Shown: piece by piece, positions 1 through 9,799 of the stretch
Position numbering within the stretch: the first letter of the stretch is position 1
How the letters are laid out: every line of letters starts with the position of its first letter
Assembly (NCBI GenBank): GCA_964573305.1
Contig: CAZNJG010000024.1
Location: forward strand, 81 to 64,080
Length of the DNA: 64,000 bases
Origin: an uncultured Opitutaceae bacterium
GTDB taxonomy: Bacteria; Verrucomicrobiota; Verrucomicrobiia; Opitutales; Opitutaceae
Direction of reading: 5' to 3'
The notes under the pieces: generated by a model
Database searches by the model: none
The model's input: only the letters and a program-made list of their open reading frames with translations
Told to the model about the DNA's origin: nothing
Position numbers and translations under genes: made by a program

Positions 1-1
1 C

Positions 2-3000
2 GCTCGCGAAGTCGGCACCGAAGGCAAACTCGGCGGTCAGGCCGTCGTGCCCGGTGTCGCCGGCACGTGGAAGGATCTCACCGACAACGTGAATTCCATG
101 GCGAACAATCTCACGACCCAGGTGCGCAACATCGCCGAGGTCACGATCGCCGTGGCGAGCGGCGACTTGTCGCGCAAGATCACCGTCGATGTGCGCGGCG
201 AGATTTTGCAACTCAAGGAAACGATCAACACCATGGTCGAGCAGTTGCGTTCCTTCGCCTCTGAAGTGACGCGCGTCGCCCGCGAGGTCGGCACCGAAGG
301 TCGTCTCGGCGTGCAGGCCGTGGTGCCCGGCGTCGCCGGCACATGGAAGGATTTGACCGATTCCGTGAACGCGATGGGCGCCAACCTCACCGGTCAGGTG
401 CGCAACATCGCCGAGGTCACGACCGCCGTCGCGCGCGGCGACTTGTCGCGCAAGATCACCGTCGATGTGAAGGGCGAAATTTTGGAGCTGAAAAACACCA
501 TCAACACGATGGTGGACCAGCTCAACGCCTTCGCCGCCGAAGTGACGCGCGTCGCCCGCGAGGTCGGCACCGAGGGCAAACTCGGCGGTCAGGCGCTCGT
601 GCCTGGCGTCGCCGGCACGTGGAAGGATTTGACCGACTCGGTGAACGTCATGGCGGCCAACTTGACCGACCAGGTCTCCGGTATCGTCAAAGTCGTGACC
701 GCCGTCGCCAACGGCAACCTGCGCCAGAAGCTCACCGTCGAGGCGAAGGGTGAAGTCGCCGCGCTCGCCGAAACGATCAACAACATGACCGACACGCTGG
801 CGACTTTCGCCGAGCAGGTGACCAATGTCGCGCGCGAGGTCGGCGTCGAAGGCCGTCTCGGCGGTCAGGCGCACGTGCCCGGCGCCGCCGGTACGTGGAA
901 GGATCTCACCGGCAACGTGAATCTTCTCGCGGCCAATCTCACCACGCAGGTCCGCGCCATCGCCGAGGTTGCCACCGCCGTGACCAAGGGCGATTTGACG
1001 CGCTCCATCCAGGTCGATGCACGCGGCGAAGTCGCGGAGCTGAAGGACAACATCAACACGATGATTTCCAACCTGCGCAACACGACCGCGGCCAACCAGG
1101 AGCAGGACTGGCTCAAGACCAATCTCACCAAGTTCGCCCGCATGCTGCAGGGTCAGCGCGATCTTTCCACCGTCGGCCAGATGCTCCTCTCCGAACTCGC
1201 GCCGCTCGTGTACGCCCAGCAGGGCGCGATCTACCAGATGTCGAACGACGAGCATGGCCAGCCTGTGTTGCGCCTGCTCGCCAGCTACGCCCGGCGTCCC
1301 ATTCAGCCCGAAGCCATCGCCGCCGGCGAAGGGCTCGTCGGCCAGTGCGCCGTCGAAAAACAACGTATCCTTCTCACGGATACACCACGCGGTTATACGT
1401 CGATCCGCTCGAGTCTCGGCGAAGCCGCGCCCGCCAGCATCATCGTGCTGCCCGTGCTCTTCGAAGGTCACACGAAGGCCGTGATCGAGATCGCCTCGCT
1501 GCATCCCTTCAGCATCACGCACATCTCCTTCCTCGAACAGCTCACGCAGTCGATCGGCGTCGTGCTCAACACCATCGAGGCGACCATGCGCACGGAGAAT
1601 CTTCTCCAGCAATCGCAGGAGCTCACCGTAGAACTTCAATCGCAGCAAAAGGAGCTTCAGCAGACCAACGAAGAACTCGCCGAAAAGGCTTCGCAGCTCG
1701 CCGATCAAAACGCCGAGGTCGAGCGCAAGAACCGCGAGGTCGAACAGGCCCGCCGCGCGCTCGAAGAGAAAGCCGCCGAGCTCGCGCTCACGTCGAAATA
1801 CAAGTCCGAGTTCCTCGCCAACATGTCGCACGAGCTCCGCACGCCGCTGAACTCGATCCTCATCCTCGGCCAGCAACTCGCCGATAACGGCGCCGGCAAT
1901 CTCTCCCCCAAACAGGTCGAGTTCGCCCGCAACATCCACTCGTCGGGCTCCGATCTGCTCAACCTCATCACCGACATCCTCGACCTTTCCAAGATCGAGT
2001 CGGGCACCGTCACCGTCGAGGCGGAGGAGATCGGCTTCTCGTCGTTGCGCGATTCGATCGAGCGCAATTTCCGCCATGTCGCGGACTCGAAGAGCCTGCC
2101 TTTTCTCGTGCAGTTCTCGCCCGATCTGCCGCGCATGATGTCCACCGATCCGAAGCGTCTGCAGCAGATCCTCAAGAACCTGCTTTCAAACGCGTTCAAG
2201 TTCACGAGCCAGGGCATGATCAGCGTCGAGGTCGGCCTCGCCGACGATGGCTGGAGCCAGCATCACCCGTCCCTCACACGCGCGCATCAGGTCATCGCCT
2301 TCTCCATCAAAGACACCGGCATCGGCATCGCGCCGGAAAAACAAAAGCTCATCTTCGAGGCGTTTCAGCAGGCCGACGCCGGCACCAGCCGCAAATACGG
2401 CGGCACCGGTCTTGGTCTCGCCATCTCGCGCGAACTGGCCGCCTTGCTCGGCGGCGAGATCCGCCTCGTCAGCACGCCCGGCGAGGGCAGCACGTTCACG
2501 CTGTATTTGCCGCAGTACTACATCGACCAGAAGAACGGCAACGGTCGCACCCATCCGCCCACGCCCGCTCCGCTCGTTCTCCCCGCTCCGCGCGAAGAGG
2601 TGATCGAGGACGATCGCGATCAAATCAACGACGGCGACCGCAGCCTCCTCATCGTCGAAGACGATCCCCACTACGCCCGCGTGCTCCTCGGCCTCGCCCG
2701 TGAAAACGGTTTCAAGGGCATCGTCGCCACCCGCGGCAACGCCGCTCTCACCCTCGCGCGACAGTTCCTGCCGACCGCCATCACGCTGGATATTTTCCTG
2801 CCCGACATGCTCGGCTGGACCGTCCTCAACAGCCTCAAGCTCAACCCGCAGACGCGTCACATCCCCGTTCAAATCATCTCGGTCGAAGAAGAACGTTCGC
2901 ACGCACTCTCGCGCGGCGCCTTCGCGTACACGATCAAACCCGCGACCACCGAAGGCCTCGACGAATGTTTCGACCGCATCAAACGCTTCGTGGACACGCC

Positions 3001-3808
3001 CATGAAACGTCTCCTCGTCGTCGAAGACAACGAGGTGGAACGCGCGAGCATCCTCACGCTCCTCGCGCACGACGACATCGAGATCATCACCGCCGCCAGC
3101 GGCGAAGAGGCGCTGCAACTGCTGCTCGATCGTCCCTTCGACTGCTGCGTGCTCGATCTGCGTCTGCCCGACATGGACGGCTTCGAGCTACTCGGACGCC
3201 TCCAGGCCGACACCACGCTCCGCAACATCCCGATCGTCGTCTTCACCGGCCGCGATCTCGACGCGACCGAGGAAAAACAACTGCGCACCATGGCAAAGAG
3301 CATCCTCGTCAAAGACGTTCAATCGCCCGAACGCCTCTTCGACGAAACTGCACTCTTCCTCCATCGCGTCGTCGCCGACCTTCCTGAGCCGCAGCAAAAG
3401 ATGCTCGATCGTCTCCACACCTCCAACGACATCCTTCGCGGCCGCCGCGTGCTCATCGTGGACGATGACGCGCGCAACATCTTCGCGCTTTCCACCGTTT
3501 TGGAAAATCAGGACATGGACATCCTCAGCGCCACCAACGGACGCCAGGCCATCGAGATCATCCAGCGCGAACCGGACCTCAGCGTGGTGCTCATGGACAT
3601 CATGATCCCCGAGATGGATGGCTACGAAACCATGCGCGAGATCCGCAAGGACCCGCGTTTCAGCACGCTGCCCATCCTCGCGCTCACCGCAAAAGCCATG
3701 AAAGGCGATCGTGAAAAATGCCTCGCCGCCGGCGCCTCCGATTACATCGCGAAACCGGTCAACACGAACGAACTCCTTTCGCTGCTGCGCGTCTGGCTCT
3801 ACCGATGA
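2..3808 (+). CDS. Hybrid sensor histidine kinase (5' end outside window): poly-HAMP array, GAF, coiled coil, HisKA, HATPase_c, three REC domains
   Basis: The reading frame of ORF 47..3808 is open to the window edge ([13 protein letters not shown] readable from nt 2). It has repeating HAMP units ([16 protein letters not shown]...[15 protein letters not shown]) and a GAF-like segment ([19 protein letters not shown]). The H-box is [17 protein letters not shown] and the G-boxes are DTGIGI and [10 protein letters not shown]. Three receiver segments follow (LLIVEDD.., LLVVEDN.., [21 protein letters not shown]). Confidence 0.9.
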   Translation, partial: AREVGTEGKLGGQAVVPGVAGTWKDLTDNVNSMANNLTTQVRNIAEVTIAVASGDLSRKITVDVRGEILQLKETINTMVEQLRSFASEVTRVAREVGTEGRLGVQAVVPGVAGTWKDLTDSVNAMGANLTGQVRNIAEVTTAVARGDLSRKITVDVKGEILELKNTINTMVDQLNAFAAEVTRVAREVGTEGKLGGQALVPGVAGTWKDLTDSVNVMAANLTDQVSGIVKVVTAVANGNLRQKLTVEAKGEVAALAETINNMTDTLATFAEQVTNVAREVGVEGRLGGQAHVPGAAGTWKDLTGNVNLLAANLTTQVRAIAEVATAVTKGDLTRSIQVDARGEVAELKDNINTMISNLRNTTAANQEQDWLKTNLTKFARMLQGQRDLSTVGQMLLSELAPLVYAQQGAIYQMSNDEHGQPVLRLLASYARRPIQPEAIAAGEGLVGQCAVEKQRILLTDTPRGYTSIRSSLGEAAPASIIVLPVLFEGHTKAVIEIASLHPFSITHISFLEQLTQSIGVVLNTIEATMRTENLLQQSQELTVELQSQQKELQQTNEELAEKASQLADQNAEVERKNREVEQARRALEEKAAELALTSKYKSEFLANMSHELRTPLNSILILGQQLADNGAGNLSPKQVEFARNIHSSGSDLLNLITDILDLSKIESGTVTVEAEEIGFSSLRDSIERNFRHVADSKSLPFLVQFSPDLPRMMSTDPKRLQQILKNLLSNAFKFTSQGMISVEVGLADDGWSQHHPSLTRAHQVIAFSIKDTGIGIAPEKQKLIFEAFQQADAGTSRKYGGTGLGLAISRELAALLGGEIRLVSTPGEGSTFTLYLPQYYIDQKNGNGRTHPPTPAPLVLPAPREEVIEDDRDQINDGDRSLLIVEDDPHYARVLLGLARENGFKGIVATRGNAALTLARQFLPTAITLDIFLPDMLGWTVLNSLKLNPQTRHIPVQIISVEEERSHALSRGAFAYTIKPATTEGLDECFDRIKRFVDTPMKRLLVVEDNEVERASILTLLAHDDIEIITAASGEEALQLLLDRPFDCCVLDLRLPDMDGFELLGRLQADTTLRNIPIVVFTGRDLDATEEKQLRTMAKSILVKDVQSPERLFDETALFLHRVVADLPEPQQKMLDRLHTSNDILRGRRVLIVDDDARNIFALSTVLENQDMDILSATNGRQAIEIIQREPDLSVVLMDIMIPEMDGYETMREIRKDPRFSTLPILALTAKAMKGDREKCLAAGASDYIAKPVNTNELLSLLRVWLYR
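47..1150 (+). repeat. Four tandem 276-bp (92-aa) coding repeats, each a double-HAMP unit
   Basis: The string gtgccYggYgYcgccggYacRtggaaggatYtSaccg recurs at 47, 323, 599 and 875, an exact 276-bp period. A partial further unit runs off the 5' edge. Confidence 0.9.
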
Positions 3809-5958
3809 TGATTTCCGAGAAAACCGAAATCTCCGTCACCGGTGCCAGCGCGGCACCGCTGCCATCCTCGCCGGTGAACCTCCTCATCGTCGACGATGAG
3901 CCACGCAATCTCGACGTGCTCGAGAGCATCCTCCAGTCGCCCGACTACCATCTCATCCGCGCGCTCACCGCCGAACGCGCGCTGCGCGAACTGCTCGACA
4001 ACGATTTCGCCGCCATCGTCCTCGACATCCAGATGCCCGAGATGAGCGGCATCGCGCTCGCCAACCTCATCAAGCAGCGCAAACGCACCCAGCACATCCC
4101 GATCATCTTCCTCACCGCGTATTTCCAGGAGGACAAAGATGTCCTCGAAGGCTACGAAATCGGTGCCGTCGATTACCTCACGAAGCCCATCAATCCGCAG
4201 ATCTTGAAATCCAAGATCGCCGTCTTCGTGGAGCTTTTCCGCAAGACCCGTGCGCTCGCCGCCACCAACACCGCGCTCGAGCAGGAAATCATCCAGCGCC
4301 AGCACGCCGAAGCCGCCCTGCGCGATCTGAACAACGAACTCGAAGCCCGCGTCCAATCGCGCACCGCCGAGCTCACGCGCCTCAACGACGAGTTGCGCGA
4401 ACGCGGCAAAGCCTTGCGCGAGAGCGAACGTCGTTTCCGCAACATGGCCGACCACTCGCCCATGATGCTCTGGGTCACCGCGCCCGATGGACGTTTCCTT
4501 TATCTCAATCGCGGCTGGATCGAATTCACGGGACGCGACGCGGACGAAAACGGCGAGGTCGCTTGGCTCGATATCGTCCACCCCGACGAGCGTCACAGCG
4601 CACACGAAGTTTTCCGCGAAGCCACCAGCCGCCGCGAACCGTTCCGGCATGAACTCCGCCTGCTGCACAAAGACGGCGCCTATCGGTGGACTCTCAACGC
4701 CGCGGTACCGCGCTTCGCCGAATCATCCGAGTACCTCGGCCACATCGGCTCCATCATCGACATCACCGATCGCAAGCACGCCGAGCACGCGCTTGAAAAT
4801 GCACGCGACCTCGCCCTCGCCGGCTCGCGCGCGAAGGACGATTTCCTCGCCACGCTTTCCCACGAACTGCGCACGCCGCTCAACCCCGTCCTCCTCCTCG
4901 CGAGCGAAGCCGCCGCCAACCCCGCACTGCCCGCCGAAGTCCGCGCCGATTTCGAACTCATCGCACGCAGTGTCGCCCTCGAAGCGCGCCTCATCGACGA
5001 CCTGCTCGACCTCACCCGCATCACCAGCGGCAAACTCACGCTCGAAATCGCCGCGCACGATGTGCACGCGATCCTCCGCGAAGCCATCGCCACCGTCCGC
5101 GCCGACATCGAAAGCAACGGCCTCATCCTCGATCTCGCACTCGACGCCCCGCGCTCGATCATCGCCGGCGACAACGTCCGCCTCCAACAGGTCTTCTGGA
5201 ACATCCTCAAGAACGCCGTCAAATTCACCCCCGCCGCCGGCCGCATCACCGTCGTCACCCGCGCACATGCTGACGACGACAAGGTCGATATCCAGATTAT
5301 GGATACAGGCATCGGCCTCACGCCCCTCGAGCTCAACCGCGCCTTCGATGCGTTCACGCAAGGCGAGCACGCACGCCGCGGCGGCGCACATCGTTTCGGC
5401 GGACTCGGCCTCGGCCTCGCCATTTCCCGCACACTCGTCGAACAACACGGCGGTTTCATCACGGCGAGCAGTCCCGGCCGCGGCGGCGGCGCCTCGTTCA
5501 CCGTCACGCTCCCGCTCGCGTCCGCCGATGCGCTGGTTGCGGGCACCGATCACGCAGGTTTGTTTGCGCCCGCGACCAGCCAGGCGACACCGCCCGGCAA
5601 ACCGCGCATCCGTCTCCTGCTCGTCGAGGATCACGAGCCCACGCGCAACACACTCGAGCGCCTGCTCTGCCGCCGCGGTTTCGACATCGTCATCGCCTCC
5701 TGCGTCGCGGAAGCTCGCGCCGCCGCGCAAAATCACGCCTTCGATCTGATCATCTCCGACATCGGTCTGCCCGACGGAAACGGCTACGATCTGATGAACG
5801 AACTTCGCGAGCGCCTGCAGATCCGCGGCATCGCGCTGAGCGGTTACGGCATGGAAGAAGACATCGCCCGCAGCCAGTCGGCCGGTTTCTCCCACCATCT
5901 CACGAAACCGATCCGCGTGCAGGCGCTCGATAAAGCGCTCGCGTCATTTCTTTCGTAA
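3805..5958 (+). CDS. Hybrid histidine kinase: REC - coiled coil - PAS - HisKA - HATPase_c - REC
   Basis: The ATG at 3805 overlaps the upstream TGA (ATGA at 3805-3808); the longer ORF start at 3718 would lie inside the upstream gene. It has an N-terminal receiver (LLIVDDEPRNLDVL..DIQMPEMSG..DYLTKP) and a PAS-like region (MMLWVTAPDGRFLYLNRGW). The H-box is [16 protein letters not shown], the G-box is GGLGLGLAIS, and there is a C-terminal receiver (LLLVEDHEPT..SDIGLPDGNG). Confidence 0.88.
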   Translation: MMISEKTEISVTGASAAPLPSSPVNLLIVDDEPRNLDVLESILQSPDYHLIRALTAERALRELLDNDFAAIVLDIQMPEMSGIALANLIKQRKRTQHIPIIFLTAYFQEDKDVLEGYEIGAVDYLTKPINPQILKSKIAVFVELFRKTRALAATNTALEQEIIQRQHAEAALRDLNNELEARVQSRTAELTRLNDELRERGKALRESERRFRNMADHSPMMLWVTAPDGRFLYLNRGWIEFTGRDADENGEVAWLDIVHPDERHSAHEVFREATSRREPFRHELRLLHKDGAYRWTLNAAVPRFAESSEYLGHIGSIIDITDRKHAEHALENARDLALAGSRAKDDFLATLSHELRTPLNPVLLLASEAAANPALPAEVRADFELIARSVALEARLIDDLLDLTRITSGKLTLEIAAHDVHAILREAIATVRADIESNGLILDLALDAPRSIIAGDNVRLQQVFWNILKNAVKFTPAAGRITVVTRAHADDDKVDIQIMDTGIGLTPLELNRAFDAFTQGEHARRGGAHRFGGLGLGLAISRTLVEQHGGFITASSPGRGGGASFTVTLPLASADALVAGTDHAGLFAPATSQATPPGKPRIRLLLVEDHEPTRNTLERLLCRRGFDIVIASCVAEARAAAQNHAFDLIISDIGLPDGNGYDLMNELRERLQIRGIALSGYGMEEDIARSQSAGFSHHLTKPIRVQALDKALASFLS

Positions 5959-5972
5959 TGCGCGCGCGCGTT

Positions 5973-6098
5973 CCGCGCGAACTCCCAACGTCGAACTCCC
6001 AACACCCAACTTCGAATGCTCATCGGCCGGGAAATGCACGAGCCGCTCCGCACATTGGGCGTCGAGCGTTGAACGTTGAATGTTGGACGTTCGCGCGG
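5973..6098. repeat. Imperfect long inverted repeat built from heptamer units, between convergent genes (possible bidirectional terminator or REP-like element)
   Basis: The left arm reads cgcgaac tcccaac gtcgaac tcccaac acccaac ttcgaat. The right arm reads gttgaac gttgaat gttggac gttcgcg. The outermost 10 bp are perfectly complementary (ccgcgcgaac / gttcgcgcgg). Confidence 0.6.
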
Positions 6099-6114
6099 CG
6101 CCACGCGCCACGCG

Positions 6115-7296
6115 TCAGCTTTTCGATCCCGTCGTCGCGATCCCTTGCACGAACGTTTTTTGCGCGAAGAAAAACAAGATCACCACGGGAATGATCGTCA
6201 CCGTGCTCGCGGCCATCAAATGATGCCATTGCACGCCGCCGTTTTGCGCCTGAAAACTTTGCAGCGCGAGCGAGAGCGGGAACGTTTCCTTGCGCGTCAA
6301 ATAGAGCAGCGGCCCGAGAAAATCATTCCACGCGTGGAGGAAATGCAGCACGCCCGCCGTCGCGAGGACTGGCTTGCTCAGCGGCAAAATGATCCGCCAG
6401 AAAATCGTCCACTCGCTGCAACCATCGATGCGCGCCGCCTCGCTGAGTTCCTCGGGAATCGCGCGGAAAAATTGCCGCATCAGGAAAATATTAAACGCGC
6501 TCCCAAAAAACGCAGGCCCCCACAACGGCATCAGCGTCCCGATCATGTTGAGCTCCTTGAACACCCCATAGAGCGGCACCATCAACACCGGAAACGGCAC
6601 CATCATCGTCGCGAGCGTGACGGCGAAAAACGCGTCGCGGCCGCGCCAGCGGATCCGCGCGAAACCATACGCGACGATCGCGTTCGAAAACACCGTGCCG
6701 ATCACACCGAGCACGCACACGATCAGCGAATTCGCGGTGAAGCGCCAAAAGCTCACGCGATGTTTCGAACTCAGGCTCGCCGGATCGTTTGAACCGCCAT
6801 CGAGCGAGCCGAGCGCATCGGGATAATTTTCCCAGCGAAACTTCACGCGCGATTCGACTTCGTTGTCCGGCACAAATCGCCAGCGCGGAGTCGTGCCTGC
6901 GGGCGCGTCGCGCGACAGTTTCTCCGTCGCACGCCACCAGCCCGGCTCCACACGTTGCAACACGCGCACCGGATCGTTCGCGTCGGTGAGTTGTGCGAGC
7001 TGATCGTCGGCGAGAAAAAGAATCGCGCCCGCGTTTTCCCCGGCGAGCCGCTCGACCACGGCGCCGGATTGGCGCGTGCGATAATCGAGCGTCACCTCCG
7101 TCTTGCCCGCGCCGACATCGGCGTAATGCGCGCGCGGAATCCACGACGGCGGCATCGTCATCGATTGCTCGATCGGTTTCAGCGACGTGATCACGAGCCA
7201 CACAAACGGCACGAGAAACACGCACGCGGCTCCGCCGAGCAGCCCGTAGATCACGAAGCGCTTCGTCGTCTTCCGCAGCTGCGCCGAGGTGTTCAT
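6115..7296 (-). CDS. Carbohydrate ABC transporter permease (MalG/CUT1 type)
   Basis: It carries an EAA-loop-like motif (LSEAARIDGCSEWTIFWRIILPLSKP) and multiple TM segments. The start MNTSAQL at 7296 forms an ATGA overlap with the upstream gene stop (7293-7296). Confidence 0.85.
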   Translation of the reverse strand: MNTSAQLRKTTKRFVIYGLLGGAACVFLVPFVWLVITSLKPIEQSMTMPPSWIPRAHYADVGAGKTEVTLDYRTRQSGAVVERLAGENAGAILFLADDQLAQLTDANDPVRVLQRVEPGWWRATEKLSRDAPAGTTPRWRFVPDNEVESRVKFRWENYPDALGSLDGGSNDPASLSSKHRVSFWRFTANSLIVCVLGVIGTVFSNAIVAYGFARIRWRGRDAFFAVTLATMMVPFPVLMVPLYGVFKELNMIGTLMPLWGPAFFGSAFNIFLMRQFFRAIPEELSEAARIDGCSEWTIFWRIILPLSKPVLATAGVLHFLHAWNDFLGPLLYLTRKETFPLSLALQSFQAQNGGVQWHHLMAASTVTIIPVVILFFFAQKTFVQGIATTGSKS

Positions 7297-8204
7297 TCGA
7301 CGTGCCTCCGCGAGAGTCGCGTCGCGAGCCACGTGAGCGACGCGATCACGATGAACAACACATACGCCATCGCGCTCGCATAACCCATGCGCAGGTCATG
7401 AAACGCGGTCGTGAACAGATGCATCGTATAAAACAACAGCGATCTCGCCGGCGCGCCGTCATGCGTGCCCGTGCCGCCATTCGCCGCATCCGAAATGATG
7501 TAGGCCTGCGCAAAAATCTGCAGCGATCCGATCATCCCCATCACCACGTTGAAGTACACCACCGGCGCGATGCCCGGCAGCGTCACATGCCAGAAACGTT
7601 TCCACGCCGAAGCACCATCGATCGCCGCGGCTTCGTACAATTCCTTCGGCACGTTTTGCAGGCCCGCGAGGTAGATCACCATCGCATTGCCCACGCCCCA
7701 CAAACTCATGAGCACCAGCGCGGGTTTCGCCCACATCGGATCGGTGAACCACGCCGGCGGTGTCAGCCCGAACCAGCCGAGCACCGGCGCGAGCACGCCG
7801 TTGAGGAGTCCGTATTCGCCATTAAAAATCCACAGCCACAACATCGACGACGCCACCACCGGCACGATCGAGGGCAGATAAAACACCACGCGAAAAAACG
7901 GCCGTCCGCGCACGTCGCAGTTGAGCAACATCGCCAGGCCGAGCGCCACCGCTGTGCCGAGCGGCACGGACAAGCCCGCGTAGAGCAGCGTGTTTCCGAG
8001 CGATTTCCAAAATAGATCGTCGGTCACCAGCTCGCGGTAATTTTCCCCGCCGATCCACACCGCCGATTTCAAAATCGAATAATCGCAGAACGAATAATAC
8101 AGCGACGCGATCACCGGATACGCCGTGAACACACCGAGCCCCACGATCCACAGACTGGTGAACGCGAGCCCGGTCAGGATGTTCTTCTTTTCGCCCGGTG
8201 TCAT
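7293..8204 (-). CDS. Carbohydrate ABC transporter permease (MalF/UgpA type)
   Basis: It has a TM-rich sequence and the motif LYEAAAIDGASAWKRFWHVTLP. I chose the start MTPGEKKNILTGLAF (8204) because the upstream ORF extension runs through a REP hairpin (8212-8237). Confidence 0.82.
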   Translation of the reverse strand: MTPGEKKNILTGLAFTSLWIVGLGVFTAYPVIASLYYSFCDYSILKSAVWIGGENYRELVTDDLFWKSLGNTLLYAGLSVPLGTAVALGLAMLLNCDVRGRPFFRVVFYLPSIVPVVASSMLWLWIFNGEYGLLNGVLAPVLGWFGLTPPAWFTDPMWAKPALVLMSLWGVGNAMVIYLAGLQNVPKELYEAAAIDGASAWKRFWHVTLPGIAPVVYFNVVMGMIGSLQIFAQAYIISDAANGGTGTHDGAPARSLLFYTMHLFTTAFHDLRMGYASAMAYVLFIVIASLTWLATRLSRRHVE

Positions 8205-8283
8205 GATCCGTGGTGGAACGCGCCGTCCCGGCGCGTTTGCCGGGAGCGCCGCCGTCCCGCCGGCTTCTTTTTGCCTGCTCCAA

Positions 8284-9789
8284 TCATCGCTTCTCCTCCG
8301 GCTTCTTCGCCTCTTCCCGCGCCGGCACCTGCCCGTGCCGAATGAGGCTTTTTTGATAACGCGCCCAGCTGGCACTCATACGCCTCTGACAATACGCGAT
8401 CGCCTCCTCCGGTTTCGCGAGCGCGAGCCGCGTTTGTTCAAACACCGCCATGAACTCGCGATTGTACTCCTGCCAGATGCCCATTTGCGGCACCGACACC
8501 GCGCGCGGACTCGCCGACAGCTCGCGGAAAATTCCGATGAACGGATGCGGATGATTTTTTTCGAAGAACGGACTCCACGCGCGCAGCGGCGAACTTTTCG
8601 CCTGCAAGAAACACGTGAGTTCGATGCCGCTGAGTTCTTCGCGCGTGCGCGCCTGCGGGTTGTGCGAGTTGGCAAACTTGATGAACTCCCACGCCGCACG
8701 CGGATTCTTCGCGCCGCGCGGGATCACCAGCACGTCAGCCTCGGCCATCGCAAAATCGGTCACGCCCGGCACCGCCTCCGGCCACGGACCCACGCCATAG
8801 TCGAGCCCCGGCTTGTACTGGCGGATGTAGTTGTCGAACCACACGCCCTGGAAAACCATCGCGACTTTGCCGTTCATGAAACCCGACTGCGCGTTGAGCG
8901 CGTGCCCGCTGAAGCCGCTCGCAAATGTCCGCAGGTCGTCCCGGCCGTACTCATTCGTGTAGCCCGCCACCCAGCGCAGCGCCTCGAGATTGCGCGGATC
9001 GGTGCCGATCGTCACACGCTCGCCGTCGAATAATTCTCCGCCAAACCAGCGCGCAAAAATCCACGGCCACCAGCCCGGCTCTTGTGGCAAAAATCCCATC
9101 TGCGTCAGCCGTCCCGTCTTCGGATCGCGCTTCGTGAGCTTGCGCGCAAACGCATCCAGTTCCGCGACCGTGCGCGGCGGTTTTTCGGGATCGAGCCCCG
9201 CTTCGCGAAACAAGGTTTTGTTCCAATGCAGCGCAATCACCGCCGGCGTCGAGATGCCCGCATACACACGATCGCGATACGTGCAGATGTGCGCGAACGC
9301 CGGGTAATAACGCGCCAACCATTCCTCCGTCGTCATGCCGTCTTCGCGGATGAACTCATCGAGCGGCATCAACGCATTCGCATCGGCAAAGGTCGCGATG
9401 TTCTGCACCCAAAGCCCCGCCACATCCGGCGGATCGCCGCCCGCCGTCGCCACGAGTACTTTGCGATCCACCTGCGAGGTCGGATAATAATCCACCACGA
9501 TTTTATCCTGCGACGCGTTGAACGCATCGATCGTCGCCTGCATCGCGATGCCTTCAAAGCTCACCCATTTTTCCCAGTACGTGACGTGAATCTTTCCGTC
9601 CTTCTCAACCACGTCGGCGAACGCAGGCGCGACGCACGCAAGTCCGAGCATCAGGTGGAACACGCCGTCCCGGCGCGTTATCCGCCGTCGCAAAAAATCC
9701 GCGCTCCAATCGCCCGCTCGCGTCAACCAGCGCCAACGCGCGGGGACCGCGCGTTCCACCAGCGACAACTCGCGATCCGGCTTCTTCAT
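8284..9789 (-). CDS. Extracellular solute-binding protein of a sugar ABC transporter (family 1)
   Basis: Size and composition are typical of CUT1 binding proteins, and it sits first in the operon with two permeases. A signal-like segment is present (RRRITRRDGVFHLMLGLACVAPAFA). The start is uncertain; candidates are ATG 9789, in-frame TTG 9693 and ATG 9651. A REP hairpin lies at 9654-9679. Confidence 0.75.
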   Translation of the reverse strand: MKKPDRELSLVERAVPARWRWLTRAGDWSADFLRRRITRRDGVFHLMLGLACVAPAFADVVEKDGKIHVTYWEKWVSFEGIAMQATIDAFNASQDKIVVDYYPTSQVDRKVLVATAGGDPPDVAGLWVQNIATFADANALMPLDEFIREDGMTTEEWLARYYPAFAHICTYRDRVYAGISTPAVIALHWNKTLFREAGLDPEKPPRTVAELDAFARKLTKRDPKTGRLTQMGFLPQEPGWWPWIFARWFGGELFDGERVTIGTDPRNLEALRWVAGYTNEYGRDDLRTFASGFSGHALNAQSGFMNGKVAMVFQGVWFDNYIRQYKPGLDYGVGPWPEAVPGVTDFAMAEADVLVIPRGAKNPRAAWEFIKFANSHNPQARTREELSGIELTCFLQAKSSPLRAWSPFFEKNHPHPFIGIFRELSASPRAVSVPQMGIWQEYNREFMAVFEQTRLALAKPEEAIAYCQRRMSASWARYQKSLIRHGQVPAREEAKKPEEKR

Positions 9790-9799
9790 TCTCTGCGTC

